A stretch of 57,266 nucleotides of DNA. It comes from Tubiluchus corallicola. Lineage: Eukaryota > Animalia > Priapulida. Shown piece after piece: positions 1 to 13,611 of the stretch (positions are counted from its first letter, which is position 1; the number at the start of each line of letters is the position of its first letter). The notes beneath the pieces are model-generated. The model was not told the DNA's origin. It ran no database searches and worked only from the letters and a program-made list of their open reading frames with translations. Location: contig JAQGDQ010001177.1 in the NCBI GenBank assembly GCA_030141605.1, positions 1 through 57,266 of the forward strand. The letters are read 5' to 3'. Position numbers and translations under genes: made by a program.

Positions 1-11
1 CTCTCACTTTT

Positions 12-757
12 CTTGTAGGATCCAGCAAGCAAAGTGAATCTAGTAGGACCCAGCAAGCAAAGTGAGTCCTGTAGGACCCAGCAAGCAAAGTGAGTCCTGT
101 AGGATCCAGCAAGCAAAGTGAGTCCTATGGGACCTAATAAGGAAAGTGAATCTAGTAGGACCCAGCAAGCAAAGAGAGTCCTGTAGGATCTAACAAGCAA
201 AGTGAGTCTTATAGGATCCAGCAAGCAATGTGAGTCCTATAGCATCCAGCAAGCAATGTGAGTCCTATAGCATCCAGCAAGCAAAGTGAGTCTTGTAGGA
301 TCCAGCAAGCAAACTGAGTCCTGTAGGATCCAGCAAGCAAAGTGAGTGTTGTAGGACCCAGCAAACAAAGTGAGTCCTGTAGGATCCAACAAGCAAAGAG
401 AGTCTTGTAGGACCCTGGAAGCAAAGTGAGTCCTGTAGGATCCAGCAAGCAAAGGGTCCTATGAGATCCAGCAAGCAAAGTGAGTCCTGTAGGATCCAAC
501 AAGCAAAGTGAATCTAGTAGGACCCAGCAAGCAAAATGAGTCCTGTAGGATCCAACAAGCAAAGTGAGTCTTGTAGGATCTAGCAAGCAAAGTGAATCCT
601 ATAGGACCTAGCAAGCAGGTGAGTCCTGTAGGACCTAGCAAGCAAAGTGAGTCCTGTACGATCCAGCAAGCAAAGTGAGTCCTGTCGGATCTAGCAAGCA
701 AAGTGAGTCCTGTAGGACCTAGCTAGCAAGCGAGTCTTGTAGGACCGAACAAGCAAA
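12..757. repeat. 28-bp minisatellite (GTGAGTCCTGTAGGATCCAGCAAGCAAA), ~26 copies, probably intronic; may extend past the window start
   Basis: Unit recurs at 28-bp spacing (e.g. 62, 90, 118) with point variants. Confidence 0.95.
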
Positions 758-1463
758 GTTTCTTCAAAACCCTGTATTGACGGTGAGCAGGGAGTTTCAT
801 TAGGGTCAAGCGTTTCTTCATTACCCTGTATTGACGGTGAACAGGGGGTTTCAATAGGGTCAAGCATTTCTTCATTACCCTGTATTGACGGTGAGCAGGG
901 GTTTTCAATAGGGTCAAGCATTTCTTCATTACCCTGTATTGACGGTGAGCAGGGGGTTTCATTAGGGTCAAGCATTTCTTCATTACCCTGTATTGACAGT
1001 GAGCAGGGGGTTTCATTAGGGTCAAGCATTTCTTCATTACCCTGTATTGACAGTGAGCAGGGGGTTTTATTAGGGTCAAGCATTTCTTCATTACCCTGTA
1101 TTGACGGTGAGCAGGGGGTTTCATTAGGGTCAAGTCTTTCTTCATTACCCTGTATTGACGGTGAGCAGGGGGTTTCATTAGGGTCAAATGTTTCTTCATT
1201 ACCCAGCAGGGGGTTTCATTAGGGTCAAACGTTCCTTCATTACCCTGTATTGACGGCGAGCAGGGGTTTCATTAGGGTCAAGCGTTTCTTCATTACCCTG
1301 TATTGACGGCGAGCAGGGGTTTTCATTAGGGTCAAGCGTTTCTTCCTTACCCTGTATTGACGGCGAGCAGGGGGTTTCATTAGGGTCAAGCGTTTCTTCA
1401 TTACCCTGTATTGACGGCGAGCAGGGGGTTTCATTAGGGTCAAGCGTTTCTTCATTACCCTGT
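758..1463. repeat. 54-bp minisatellite (TTTCTTCATTACCCTGTATTGACGGTGAGCAGGGGGTTTCATTAGGGTCAAGCA), ~13 copies, abutting a splice acceptor
   Basis: Direct tandem units; 18-aa periodicity in the minus-strand ORFs. Confidence 0.95.
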
Positions 1464-1476
1464 CTTTATTTTACAG

Positions 1477-1605
1477 CTGGACGTCAAGGAAGCCAAAGAA
1501 GTTCCAGAAGATCATCCGCAGTGGGACATCAGCGACGAGGACGAAGGTCAAATGGAAGAAGAGCTCACGGACGACTACACCACGGACAACGACGATTCCG
1601 AGTAG
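1477..1605 (+). CDS. Terminal coding exon of an unidentified gene: LDVKEAKEVPEDHPQWDISDEDEGQMEEELTDDYTTDNDDSE* (acidic C-terminus)
   Basis: Acceptor TCTTTATTTTACAG ends at 1476; 43 open codons (phase 0) to TAG at 1603-1605; unique, GC-richer, protein-like sequence. Not in the ORF track because it is a short exon (<60 aa). Confidence 0.75.
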   Translation: MDVKEAKEVPEDHPQWDISDEDEGQMEEELTDDYTTDNDDSE

Positions 1606-2095
1606 AAAAACTTGGCCGCTTGTTGCGCCATCTTTTGTTACAACGTGTTATATTTTCATTCAGGAGGAGAATATTTGTACCACTGTACATATTGCCGATG
1701 TTTTGTCACCGCTGTGGATTAGCAGTGGCGGATATCTTCAGCTGCTTTGTGGCGCGCATTACTTGTTCAGCTGGTTACTGATAACTGCTATATTAATTTG
1801 TAAGTGGAACACGGCAACAATTTTGCTCTGTAAAACGTTAGCTGTTTTTTACATGCTTAAATATGCTCCTCTTGCCTTGTTTTGCTAAGCATTACGATTT
1901 TATTATGACTTGACTTTGTTTTGATTGGCAAGTCAATGAATTGGAATTTTGTGGGGGTGAAGGGAGGTGGTGGGTGGTGGGTAAGAGACAATTTTTAAGC
2001 CAAGGGTAGATGCTCTTTGAGCTGTTTGCTGTTTTCAAACGTAACACCGCTAATAATAATAACAACAATCTCCTTTTGCTTTTGTTGTTTTATGC

Positions 2096-2354
2096 TAGGG
2101 CTGAGATGATTAGGCTTTGCAATTAACCGTTTAAACGTCATTAATAGAGGTTGGTTAACCGTCTGACCGTTCCCGATGACGTCATACGTATACAATACAC
2201 ACGACGAACTAATATGAAAAAATTGCCAGACTCTAACGTAATTATATAATCATAGAAATTCACTCAATTTTGTATGTCTTTAGTACGTGAATAAATAATG
2301 AAAACTAAGTAACGGTTAAACGGTTAATGATTTTCCAAAACCGTCTGCGCTCTA
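2096..2354. mobile_element. Degenerate hAT-like MITE
   Basis: Ends TAGGGCTGAGATG / CGTCTGCGCTCTA form an imperfect TIR; repeated AACCG/CGGTT subterminal motifs; TSD not clear. Confidence 0.4.
2290..2295 (+). terminator. Candidate polyadenylation signal AATAAA for the upstream exon
   Basis: AATAAA ~690 nt after the stop codon; lies within a putative MITE; AT-rich context makes it weak. Confidence 0.25.
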
Positions 2355-2432
2355 GTTTTTACTACTGCGTAACGACTACATTAAATTTTGCCTGTGCCGT
2401 ACCCATTCCTGCTGCATACACCCGGCATTTAA

Positions 2433-2974
2433 AGGAAAACCGGATGATCGTGTAAACATTAGTTCAGAATAAAGAATGCTCTAAAATATTGAAAACTATA
2501 ATAACTTTTTTTAAATCAAAGCTTGGATTAAATAATAGTTACATCGGATACTCAAATTTTGTTAACTTTTCAAAGCTATGCACGGTTCAGTGAATCTACT
2601 AAGATTGGCAACAGCTCCTTTTTGTCACATTCAAGTGGCCGACAGATAGAAAGCGGTACCGTGATAACCATGATCATGAACTGCAGTGTTAGTTTCTGAC
2701 ATCATACGATGTAGAGCCCATTTTCGTGACATCTCGCGTTTAAGCAGTAATACTTGCGCAAATGTGCTTGACGCGCAGGGAAGATGCCTACCATTGCGCA
2801 AACTTCGGTTAGTTTGTGACGTAAGCAATATAGCTGTGTTCGGTTGCCTTTAATTAACTTTCTAAACTAATTATTCAACTATTAAAAACAATTGCTAACT
2901 TATAGGCGAGAAAATGTATATTTTGGACAGTAAATTAGAGTGCAGTTGCGTCGAATCAATAGTCCGGTTTTCCT
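2433..2974 (+). mobile_element. Family A Kolobok-like non-autonomous DNA transposon (~540 bp)
   Basis: TTAA|AGGAAAACCGGA ... TCCGGTTTTCCT|GTAA; TIR plus TTAA-like flanks; homologous copies elsewhere in the window. Confidence 0.85.
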
Positions 2975-4328
2975 GTAAATTTCCTGTAAATGTGTCTACA
3001 CAGCTAACAGCTCATAAAATGCTTATAACATTAAAATATATTGCGCTAGTTTTTCATTGGCTAAATTAAATTATTATTTTTAGAGGTAATTTTTTTGTAA
3101 GTGGTAACGACGCACAGTCCGATTGCTACGTCTTTGTATATTAAGAACAAGTGATAGAACCCGTGTTCCATATTTATTAGTGTTCCAAAAAAGTATTGAT
3201 TTATTTTTGTCATAATGCACATGTATATAATGTATTACTATTTTATAACGAACTCTGATCATTTGGAAGCTGAGAGAATTGATTCGGAACTTGACAGCAG
3301 TTTAAAGTTTACTCTCATCATTACGTGGAAAGAAATAGTTGAAAATAGGTGTATAAAAATTTGAATTTTATCAACAAAAATTTGAATTTTGTCAACATAT
3401 GCAGAGGTCATAGTTTTAGAACTCCATAATAAAATCAGAATGTTGTATATTCATATAAGAGTAGAGTGCTGGTTGATTAAGCTTGAGGTAGGCACATAGC
3501 CAGGTTGTCACGTGGGCATGCTTCAAAGTGAATCGGTTCATTGCTGCCTTTGTTCTGTTCTCGCTATGTGTTCAAGGTTTCATTTGCGATATTGATGGAA
3601 TAGAGCGAGGATGTAAACATCTAAATATGGCTAGCACACCTCTGCTGGTTCAGTGGCTCACCGTAGAGGGTTACATTTGATGACGAGCTAGGTACCAGTC
3701 TTGGCGCAAACTTTGCTGTTGTGTGAGCATTGCCGTGGAATGGTGGAAGATTTCGGCTTCTACAGTTTACAGAAATTCATATGAATGTATAGCACTACTT
3801 TAATGATGCACTGGCTCTTGTTAGTTAAAAATAACGCTTGTAGATGGCAACGCCGGTATTGCGAACAATGGTATTATGTATATAATATTGTGGCCTCTAT
3901 TAACAATGTTCAGAAAATATATAGTTGTTTGATTGAGTTAGCAAGAATTATGATGGATATTTAAAACAAAACACGTGTAGGCTGCCTAATGACGTCATCA
4001 GCCTTTGTCATGACAACAGCATTTCAGATGGTTTTTGATATTTTATACACCTTTTCCTCCTGTTTCTTTTATTATGAATTTTCATAGTAATGCTGGTAAA
4101 CATAGGTCATCCATTGTTACTATCTCTGTTTATTTTCAGGTGATATGATAATTATTTCATATTAGTTTGTCTTTAACGCTAGGGTTGAACGTGTAACTTG
4201 TTTTATACAGTTTTTGTTGTACAGCTACAAGTGTACAGATTGCCATAAACAAGATGTATCAGTTTAGTAACGAGTCCGTGTCGTTTTATGAAATTCTGAC
4301 AAATCAAATTCCTACAAGAATCTCAAAC

Positions 4329-5137
<809 letters not shown>

Positions 5138-5497
5138 AGCAAAATACGTAGTATTTCTGTATTTAACGCTTACATCATCTATTCTAAAAGAATCTGATGA
5201 TTTACTAACTGAGCTGCACGTTACATCTCTAGTTAACGTGAACCTTGATTTGATTACAGTTAAACTCGCTAACAGGCTAAATTTCTTTATTTCACAATGT
5301 CTGGATTTGGCCATATTGGTTGAAAAATATCAGGCCTGTAGTGCTTCATCATTAAGTCGAAGCGTCATTCTCATTTTCACACAGAAACGACATCAGACTG
5401 GTTTTCAAATACAATAACATTTGTCATAAAATCAAATACAATAAACCTTTTCACAGTTCCAGCGATTGATGATGATCGTGAAAACGTCGAAGGTTAA

Positions 5498-6027
5498 AGG
5501 AAAACCGGATGATGGTGTAAACATTAGTTCAGAATAGAGAATGCTCTAAAATATTGAAAACTACAATAACTTTTTTGAAATCAGAGCTTAGATTAAATAA
5601 TAATTACCTCAGATACTCAAATTTCGTTAAACTTTCAAAGCTACGCGTGGCTCAGTGAATCTACTAAGATTGGCAACGGCGCCTTTTTGTCACGTGCGCG
5701 TGGCCAACACATAGAAGGCGGTACCGTGATAACCGTGATGATGAACTGCAGTGTTAGCTTCTGACGTCATATGACATAGAGCACATTTTTGTAACATCGT
5801 ACGTTTGCAGTAACCCTTACGCAAACCCAAGAGAAGATGCCTGCCATTGCACAAACTGTGGTTCGTTTCTGACGTCAGCAATAGCAGTGTTCAGTTGCCG
5901 TTAATTAAATTTCTAAGTTAATTATTCAAATATAAGGAACAATTGTTAACTTTTATAGGCAAGAAAATGTATATTTTGGACAGTAAATTAAAATGAGATT
6001 GAGTGTAAGCAATCATCCGGTCTCCCT
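5498..6027 (+). mobile_element. Family A Kolobok-like element with TTAA TSD
   Basis: TTAA at 5494-5497 and 6028-6031; the empty site in other family C copies has a single TTAA (AAAGGTTAAGTGTACC). Confidence 0.9.
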
Positions 6028-6105
6028 TTAAGTGAACCAGACAACGCAGTTATGTACACTTGACAAAGCCTAGCAGCCCATGCTGTTGTAATAGTAACAG
6101 TTTTA

Positions 6106-6283
6106 GTTTAAACATGATTTATTATAGGATTGGATCAGACAGTTCGAACAACATGATTTAGGATCCTCGCCACAACAGACTTTATACACTATTTACAAAA
6201 ACATTTACAGTAAGAATAGACTATAACCACAAGCTGACAAGTTTTACTACAAGATTACATTAGATATCAGTAGAAAATAAACT
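6106..6283 (-). mobile_element. Very short 5'-truncated LINE (3' UTR only) with 12-bp TSD
   Basis: Reverse complement of the 3' end of the LINE at 43898-44464; GTAACAGTTTTA at 6094-6105 and 6284-6295. Confidence 0.8.
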
Positions 6284-6477
6284 GTAACAGTTTTAACAGC
6301 TATTCTCTCGTTAAATATAGCAGAAGTAGCCGTGGTCTCGCTGGACCTGCTTTAGTCACTGACGCTGCTTAAAAATTCGTGTTAATCACGTTGTAAGAAG
6401 TTAATATGGAGTCTTAGAGTGGAGATGCTTAGAAGCAACTCGTAGAAACTAGCATTGTGATCCCCCTCCGTCCCGCC

Positions 6478-6494
6478 TCTCTCTCCCTCTCTAT

Positions 6495-6551
<57 letters not shown>
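6478..6551. repeat. (CT)n microsatellite
   Basis: Direct inspection. Confidence 0.9.
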
Positions 6552-6553
<2 letters not shown>

Positions 6554-6555
6554 GT

Positions 6556-7060
6556 CTAACAGACAAGTTTTACTACAAGATTACATTAAATATCAATAAC
6601 ATTTATAGTAAGAATTGACTATAACTACACAAGCTGACAAGTTTTACTACAAGATTACATTAGACATTAGTAGAAAATGACGGTTAGAAAATATTAATGT
6701 ACGAATATTTAAGACTGATGCATTTCATAACAGATAGAAACTACTGGAAGAGTTTAGTACGTAATATAAATTCATGTATGCATTGGAATATTTTACAGTT
6801 AGCTGCAGTTAAATTCATCTTTTCCGAATAATAACAACTTCAACAGATCATTAATTCCTAAGGCAGCTATATTAAGGTTTTCGGGCAGAAGTATTTCATT
6901 TAATTTATGAAACATAACCCTAGCTAGTTGATACAATGGGCAGTGCAACAAAAAGTGTTCAACAGACTCAAATCCACAGTTACAATTCGGCAATATTGGA
7001 TGACCGTCATGCTTGATCAACTTCAGTACGAAGTGAATAAATTTCAAGGAAGTATTCATA
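6556..7060 (-). mobile_element. CR1/L2-group LINE fragment (ORF2 C-terminus plus part of 3' UTR)
   Basis: ORF 6799-7059 contains CNCGFESVEHFLLHCPLY, a C-terminal CCHC-like motif; homologous to 43898-44464. Confidence 0.85.
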
Positions 7061-7314
7061 GAGTGGTGACCGTAATATCAGAAGCAGCGTAAACGTTATA
7101 ATGTTCGGTTACTGAGAAGGATAATGAAAAATTGTTAAAAAATCGACTTTTCATTTACATATATAGCTGCACGCTACACACGTACGCATATATGCACAAA
7201 AATACATAGTCACGCATATACGCACATACATAACTGTGGGCATAAATTACCAAACTCAACACTATTACTGCTTATGATAATTTAGAATGCCGTATATAAA
7301 CATGTATACAAACA

Positions 7315-7735
<421 letters not shown>

Positions 7736-8259
7736 TAATCTGAGTGATGACGGCGATGATAATGATGATAAGTGTGCAGATGCAGAAAGAGATAGAGAAA
7801 GACATGCAGTCAAAAGGTAAGCAATAACATTTACACAATTATGCTGCTTGCACTGATCCACATGACTTCCCCCCAAGCTTAACACTGCTTAACTTTCGAT
7901 AACATGTTATCTCACGGCTGACTTCACTGCTGTGATTGCAGCAACTGTCGGAAAACTGAAACGGATGTGGCTCTCCAAAGCGACTTCCGGCAGTGCTCGT
8001 TCACTCTAGCAATCAGTTTTACGTCTGTCAACAGCACCTCAATTACCATAGCCAGAGGCGAGATAACTACTAGTGTCAATACGCCCCTGTGATAAGTTAT
8101 TGCCCCGCTTAATGGATTCAGTATAAACCCCGCTAAAACCAAATGAAGCCAGTCAGTAGGAGGGCTTCAAATTAGCTGCCCGACCTGGCACTTGTTTTGG
8201 TGATCTGTGGAAAAAGGGGGCACCTTAATGGTTACTGTTGTCGAATTCTAGTGCCTACG

Positions 8260-8430
8260 CTATGACAGCACAAATGCAGCTGGTGCTGTAAAACTGGAGA
8301 TGCTACAGCCCTTCTGTTTACTTGGTAGGGCTTGGCGCATTGGAAGCTGGTATGCAATCCTCGCGCAATGGCAGAGCATACTTATTAAGGTAATGGTTAC
8401 GGCAGGACTGGTACCTATTATATTAGAAAG
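8260..8430 (-). mobile_element. Possible highly degraded LINE RT remnant
   Basis: TITLISMLCHCARIAYQLPMRQALPSKQKG loosely resembles the RT motif PISLLS...RI...LP..Q.GF. Confidence 0.2.
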
Positions 8431-8436
8431 GATAAT

Positions 8437-8780
8437 AAACCTTTTCACAGTTCCAGCCATTGATGATAATCGTGAAAAGGTCAAAGGTTAAGTGTACCAG
8501 ACAAGGCAATTGCGTACACTTGACAACGCAGCCAATGCTGTTGCAATAGTAACAGTTTTAACAACTAAGTAGATTTACCTAGTTCATTTTTTGTTTCCAA
8601 ACAAGATCCTGCTAGTAAATCACTCTACGCACAGAATAATGCATCATTAATTAAAGCAAAATGACTGATGTTGCTAAACTAATGTGGCAGACGGCTTTGC
8701 TTTACACACTTGCCAGTTGACGGTTGTATTTACGACCTATAACAACTGCGCATGCGCACAATAAAATTGTGAAAACGCTT
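8437..8780 (+). mobile_element. Family C MITE
   Basis: AACCTTTTCAC ... GTGAAAACGCT termini; homologous to other copies. Confidence 0.85.
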
Positions 8781-9360
8781 ATTCTCTAAGAATAATTCTC
8801 GAAAAATACCCTGAATCAGGAGAAATGTCCTAGACACGTGGATAAGGTGGATAAGAATACCCACTTGCAGTTTCCCCTGGCAGTGACTCAAATTTACTGG
8901 CCAGAATCAGCATTGTTTAACTACAGTCGTTCACCATTTCGAAATCACTCAGCTACATTTTGAATGAGAAGCCAAGTGCAAGAAGCTTTAGTTTTAACAA
9001 ACTATCTGCCTTAATTCATGCAGGACAATAAATCTCTCACGTGTCATTGAGGTCATTAATACGGTCACAATTAATAGACACAATTACCAACCACAATCTC
9101 CAGCGAGCCTTTTAAACCACATTAAGCTTAGCATCGTGATGGATTTTGACAGAAAATAGGAAAGAACGGTCATTTGATGGCGGTTTGACGCTTCCAATTT
9201 TTCTCATTTCTTTGGGATTCCAGAAATTGACCCCCAGATTTAGAGGTCGTGAAATGAAAGACATCGTTTGATGAACGCATTGACAGAAACGATAACATGG
9301 CAGCCATACGAAAAGATGGTCTCAATATCACTGAGGGGTCATAATCAGTGCTGCTGCTTG

Positions 9361-9753
9361 TATCATCATCATCATTATCATCGTCATCATCATCATCGTC
9401 ATGATCATCATCTTCATCATCCTCGTCGTCGTCGTCAGCACCATCATCATCATCGTTGTCATCGTAATCATCATCCTCATCGTCATTGTCATCATCACCG
9501 TCGTCTTGCCGTCATCATCATCGTCATCATCATCGTCGTCTTGTCGTCATCATCATCGTCGTCGTCGACGTCGTCATCACCATGATCGTCATCATCATTA
9601 CCATCATCAGGGTCGTCGTCATCATCATCATCATAATCATCACCATCGCCATTATCATCATCCTTATCATCAACAATATCATCAACATCATCATCGTCCT
9701 CATCATCCTCATCATCATTATCATGATCGTCATCATCATCATCATCATCATCA
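9361..9753. repeat. (ATC/GTC)n trinucleotide repeat
   Basis: Direct inspection. Confidence 0.95.
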
Positions 9754-9939
9754 TATGGCCATTACGTCTATTGTAGAAAGACAGATAAGAACAGCAGCAA
9801 TCCGGCTAAAAACTAGACACTGCTGAGTCAGTTGCTTCTCAGCACCTCCTCCGAGCAAACAATGCTTGTAGCTACGTTCTAACTACAATAACAACAATTA
9901 TAGTTGTCTTTGGGTTGATATGTTACGTAGTTTCTTTCC

Positions 9940-10044
9940 GGTTTTTTTACACGAGACGTTTAGTGCAGATTTATTACTAAATCCTTCCAACATTTTTGCG
10001 AACATTGAAATCAGCCTAACCACCTAGAAGGGTTGACTTTTCCT
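9940..10044 (+). mobile_element. Right end of a family B element
   Basis: CTAGAAGGGTTGACTTTTCCT|TTAA, as at 55924. Confidence 0.75.
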
Positions 10045-10355
10045 TTAATTTTGAATCTATTTACTTTTGCCATTTTATATACTGCGTTTGCTAAATTTGT
10101 CTTAATCAGATTTGCTTTTTCAATTTTTCACTTATCATGTTTCACCAATGTTTTTCTATATTTTCACTAACATTATCTTTTCGCTCAGCTGTCTTTTTGT
10201 TGTCGTTACATGTTTTTATCCTGATCTTGTTTTTCGTTGGCTTTTTTTACTTCTGTTTTCACTAGATTTAGTTTTACAATCTATTTTAACAGTTGAATCA
10301 TCTATTTACGTTGCTGCGTGCTCATTTTTGATGACAAAACTTTGTGCAAACTTAA

Positions 10356-10881
10356 AGGAGAACCGGACGATTGTTTAGACTCAATCTCATTTTAATTTAC
10401 TGTCCAAAATATGCATTTTCTTGCCTATAAAAGTTAGCAATTGCTTTTTTGAGTAATTATATTTGAATGATTACCTTGTCAAGTTAATTAGTGGCAACCG
10501 AAGCTACAGTTATCGCTTACGTCACAAACTAACAACTCCCAGCGCGTCAAGCACGATTGCGTAGGCGAATATTTCTATAAGACGCTGATATGATGTCACG
10601 AAAATGAGCTCTACATCACATACGAACACTGTAGTTCATTATCATGCTTATCACGGTACAGCGCATATTTGTCGGCCACGCGAATGTGACAAAAAAGCGG
10701 CATTGCCAGCCTTAGTGGATTCGCTGAACCGCGGGCAGCCTTGAAAGTTTAACAAAATTTATCTATCCGATGTAATTATTATTTAATCTAAGCCTTGATT
10801 TAAAAAAAGCTATTGTAGTTCTCAATATTTCAGGACATTCATTATTCTGAACTCGTGTTTACACAATCTTCCGGCTTCCAT
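10356..10881 (-). mobile_element. Family A Kolobok-like element, reverse orientation
   Basis: TTAA|AGGAGAACCGGA start; reverse complement of 5498-6027. Confidence 0.85.
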
Positions 10882-11250
10882 GAAAGTTTTTGTGATTTCA
10901 AACGAATGAAAGAGGTGTCTAGAATACGTGTAAGCTTCTTCTTACTAGAAAATGGTGTTTTTCTACGATCTGATGTCTGTAATGTGACAGCATAACATTT
11001 GAACACATAAGCGTGTCAGACTAACGTGCTCTATGCTTGCACGAAGCTTTTATTAATTCAGCTTAAAACTGTTTTGATTATTGTACATTAGGAGAATTAG
11101 GCTTTTGATGTTTTGTTGAGGGATTTAGTTTCCTTACGAAGAAAAGTATCTTTACTGAAGGCGTTAATTCTGAGTGCCCGTTTGTCATGCTTTCTAAGCG
11201 TTACTTGCAGTGTCTTGCTTTATAAGATCACGTGACAAAAATTGGATTAA

Positions 11251-13154
11251 AGGAGAAGACAAGCCGTTTTTGACATGTTGGTTTATTTTACTACAAACGA
11301 ATTTGAAAAAAACATCTATAGAGAATAACGTTAATAACTACAGAAATTATAAAGCACAATGGTTGCCACCATTCACTTGAAATTGTGACGTAACTGGTGG
11401 ACTTCGTAACTTTCCGTAAGTGCACGCAGTTTAAACGAAAAGTCAACCCTTCTAGGAGGTTAGGATTATTTCAAGGTTCGCGAAAAATGTTAGAAGGATT
11501 TAGTAATAAAACTGCAATAAGCGCCTCGTATAATTAGTAAAATTACTTTAAAGTCTCGATCACTTCATGCTTGGACGCTCCCATTTTCAATCCCGTTTTC
11601 TTCCAATGACGTCATTCGTTTGTAATATGTTTTTACAAAAAAGTAGACAGGTAATTTTGTAAAATTTCTGCGTGAATATTTGGTAAACTGCAGAAGTTTT
11701 CATTAGTTTAAGCAGTGCGTGCTTACGGAAAACCACGATGCGTTTACGAAAAGTCTCGAAGTTTCCCAGTTACGTCATGATTTCCAAGTGAATGGCGGCA
11801 ACCACCACGCCTAAAAAATTCTATTTATAGGTAGTTTATTTTAAATTTATGCGCCATAGGCAATTCTTTGCAAATTTCTTTGTTAGATTTTTCTATGTTT
11901 AAGTGATAACAGTAAAATAAACCCAACATACTGAGTGACTTGTTCTTTCCTTTAGCACACCACAAACAGTTTAACTGATAACAGCAAAATAAACCCAACA
12001 TATTGAGTGACTTGTTCTTTCCTTTAAAGTAATTCAAACTTCTGCAGGTTGCCTAACGCACATGCAAGAATATGACAAAATTAGCGCTCTCTAATTTTTT
12101 TGTAAAAACTTACTATACCTTAGAGGACAATCGGCTGTTTTTCTTCAACTTATAAATGACGTCATTGGTGGAAAATAAGCTTTCAAAATTGGAGCGTTCA
12201 AGGGTGAAATGATCGCGACTTTAAGGTGATTTTACTAATTACACGAGACGCTTATCACACTTTTAGTGCTAAATGCTTCGAACATTGAAATCATCCTAAC
12301 TTCCCAGAAGGCTTGACTTTTTCTTTAAACCAAAGACTTCTACGCATGCGTACAGTGAAGTGATTTTACTAATTACACGAGACGCTTATCACACTTTTAG
12401 TGCTAAATGCTTCGAACATTGAAATCATCCTAACTTCCCAGAAGGCTTGACTTTTTCTTTAAACCAAAGACTTCTACGCATGCGTACAGTAAAGTGATTT
12501 TACTAATTACACGAGACGCTTATCACACTTTTAGTGCTAAATGCTTCGAACATTGAAATCATCCTAACTTCCCAGAAGGCTTGACTTTTTCTTTAAACCA
12601 AAGACTTCTACGCATGCGTACAGTGAAGTGATTTTACTAATTACACGAGACGCTTATCACACTTTTAGTGCTAAATGCTTCGAACATTGAAATCATCCTA
12701 ACTTCCCAGAAGGCTTGACTTTTTCTTTAAACCAAAGACTTCTACGCATGCGTACAGTAAAGTGATTTTACTAATTACACGAGACGCTTATCACACTTTT
12801 AGTGCTAAATGCTTCGAACATTGAAATCATCCTAACTTCCCAGAAGGCTTGACTTTTCCTTTAAACCAAAGACTTCTACGCATGCGCACAGCAAAGTGAT
12901 TTTACTCATTACACGAGACGTTTATCGCACTTTTAGTGCTAAATCCTTCAAACCTTTTTCACAAACATTGAAACAAGCTAAACTTCCCGGAAGGGTTGAC
13001 CTTTCCTTTAAACCAAAGACTTCTACGCATGCGTACAGTAAAGTGATTTTACTCATTACACGAGGCGCTTATCACACTTTTAGTGCTAAATCCTTCAAAC
13101 ATTTTTCACAAACATTGAAACAAGCTGAACTTCCCGGAAGGGTTGACTTTTCCT
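11251..13154 (+). mobile_element. Family B-related Kolobok-like element with a nested family B copy and a tandemly amplified right end
   Basis: TTAA|AGGAGAAGACAAG ... GGTTGACTTTTCCT|TTAA; internal homology to 54796-55924. Confidence 0.75.
11435..12023 (-). mobile_element. Family B Kolobok-like element nested in a relative, TTAA TSD
   Basis: TTAA at 11431-11434 and 12024-12027; host sequence resumes (TAATTCAAACTTCTGC) after it. Confidence 0.85.
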
Positions 13155-13158
13155 TTAA
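12226..13158. repeat. 134-bp tandem repeat (5x134, one 147, one partial) containing the transposon right terminus
   Basis: Unit starts at 12226, 12360, 12494, 12628, 12762, 12896, 13043. Confidence 0.95.
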
Positions 13159-13611
13159 ACCATCTTTAACCTTCACGCATTTTTTTTAGATTTTCTGCTA
13201 GAAAAATAATCCACAATGTCGAGTACAGCTGTTAGGCAGCTATGGATCGCTACTTTATCCATAATCCTAAAAATGATCTGTCTTTGAGTGAATATTGAGT
13301 CTGAGTGAAACATTTTTGTAAATTTTATATTATTCTGCAGAATCAATCGTAGCCTGGCCTGTAGGAAACTCATTTCCGAAGTAAGTAAATTAATATTTGC
13401 CTGTGCATGAATAACTGTACGAAGTATTTAATGAAAGAGTAATAATTACTTCTGTAGTTTTATTGTGCAAGTATGTACATAGGAAAGCCTGTTTTATTAG
13501 GAAGCCTGCTTCATTAACAGTGTAATTGTTTAATAAATAGGCCTGTTATAAAGTCCAAGGCAGAAAATAACTCGTTGGAAAAAACCTGACGGTGGTGAAA
13601 GTTGACAGAAC

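Larger units (their letters stand above)
5443..6301 (+). mobile_element. Family C MITE, partial, interrupted by a family A element and a LINE 3' end
   Basis: Matches the intact copy at 46342-46737 once 5498-6031 and 6106-6295 are removed. Confidence 0.8.

Noticed and set aside
209-1455. Minus-strand ORFs with periodic peptides (MLDPNETPCS..., LLDPTGLTLL...)
   Set aside because: By-products of 28- and 54-bp repeats; indels break the frame; the real exon is on the plus strand
1521-1781. 86-aa plus-strand ORF (MGHQRRG...)
   Set aside because: Alternative frame overlapping the terminal exon; GTG start; the acidic frame fits the splice acceptor better
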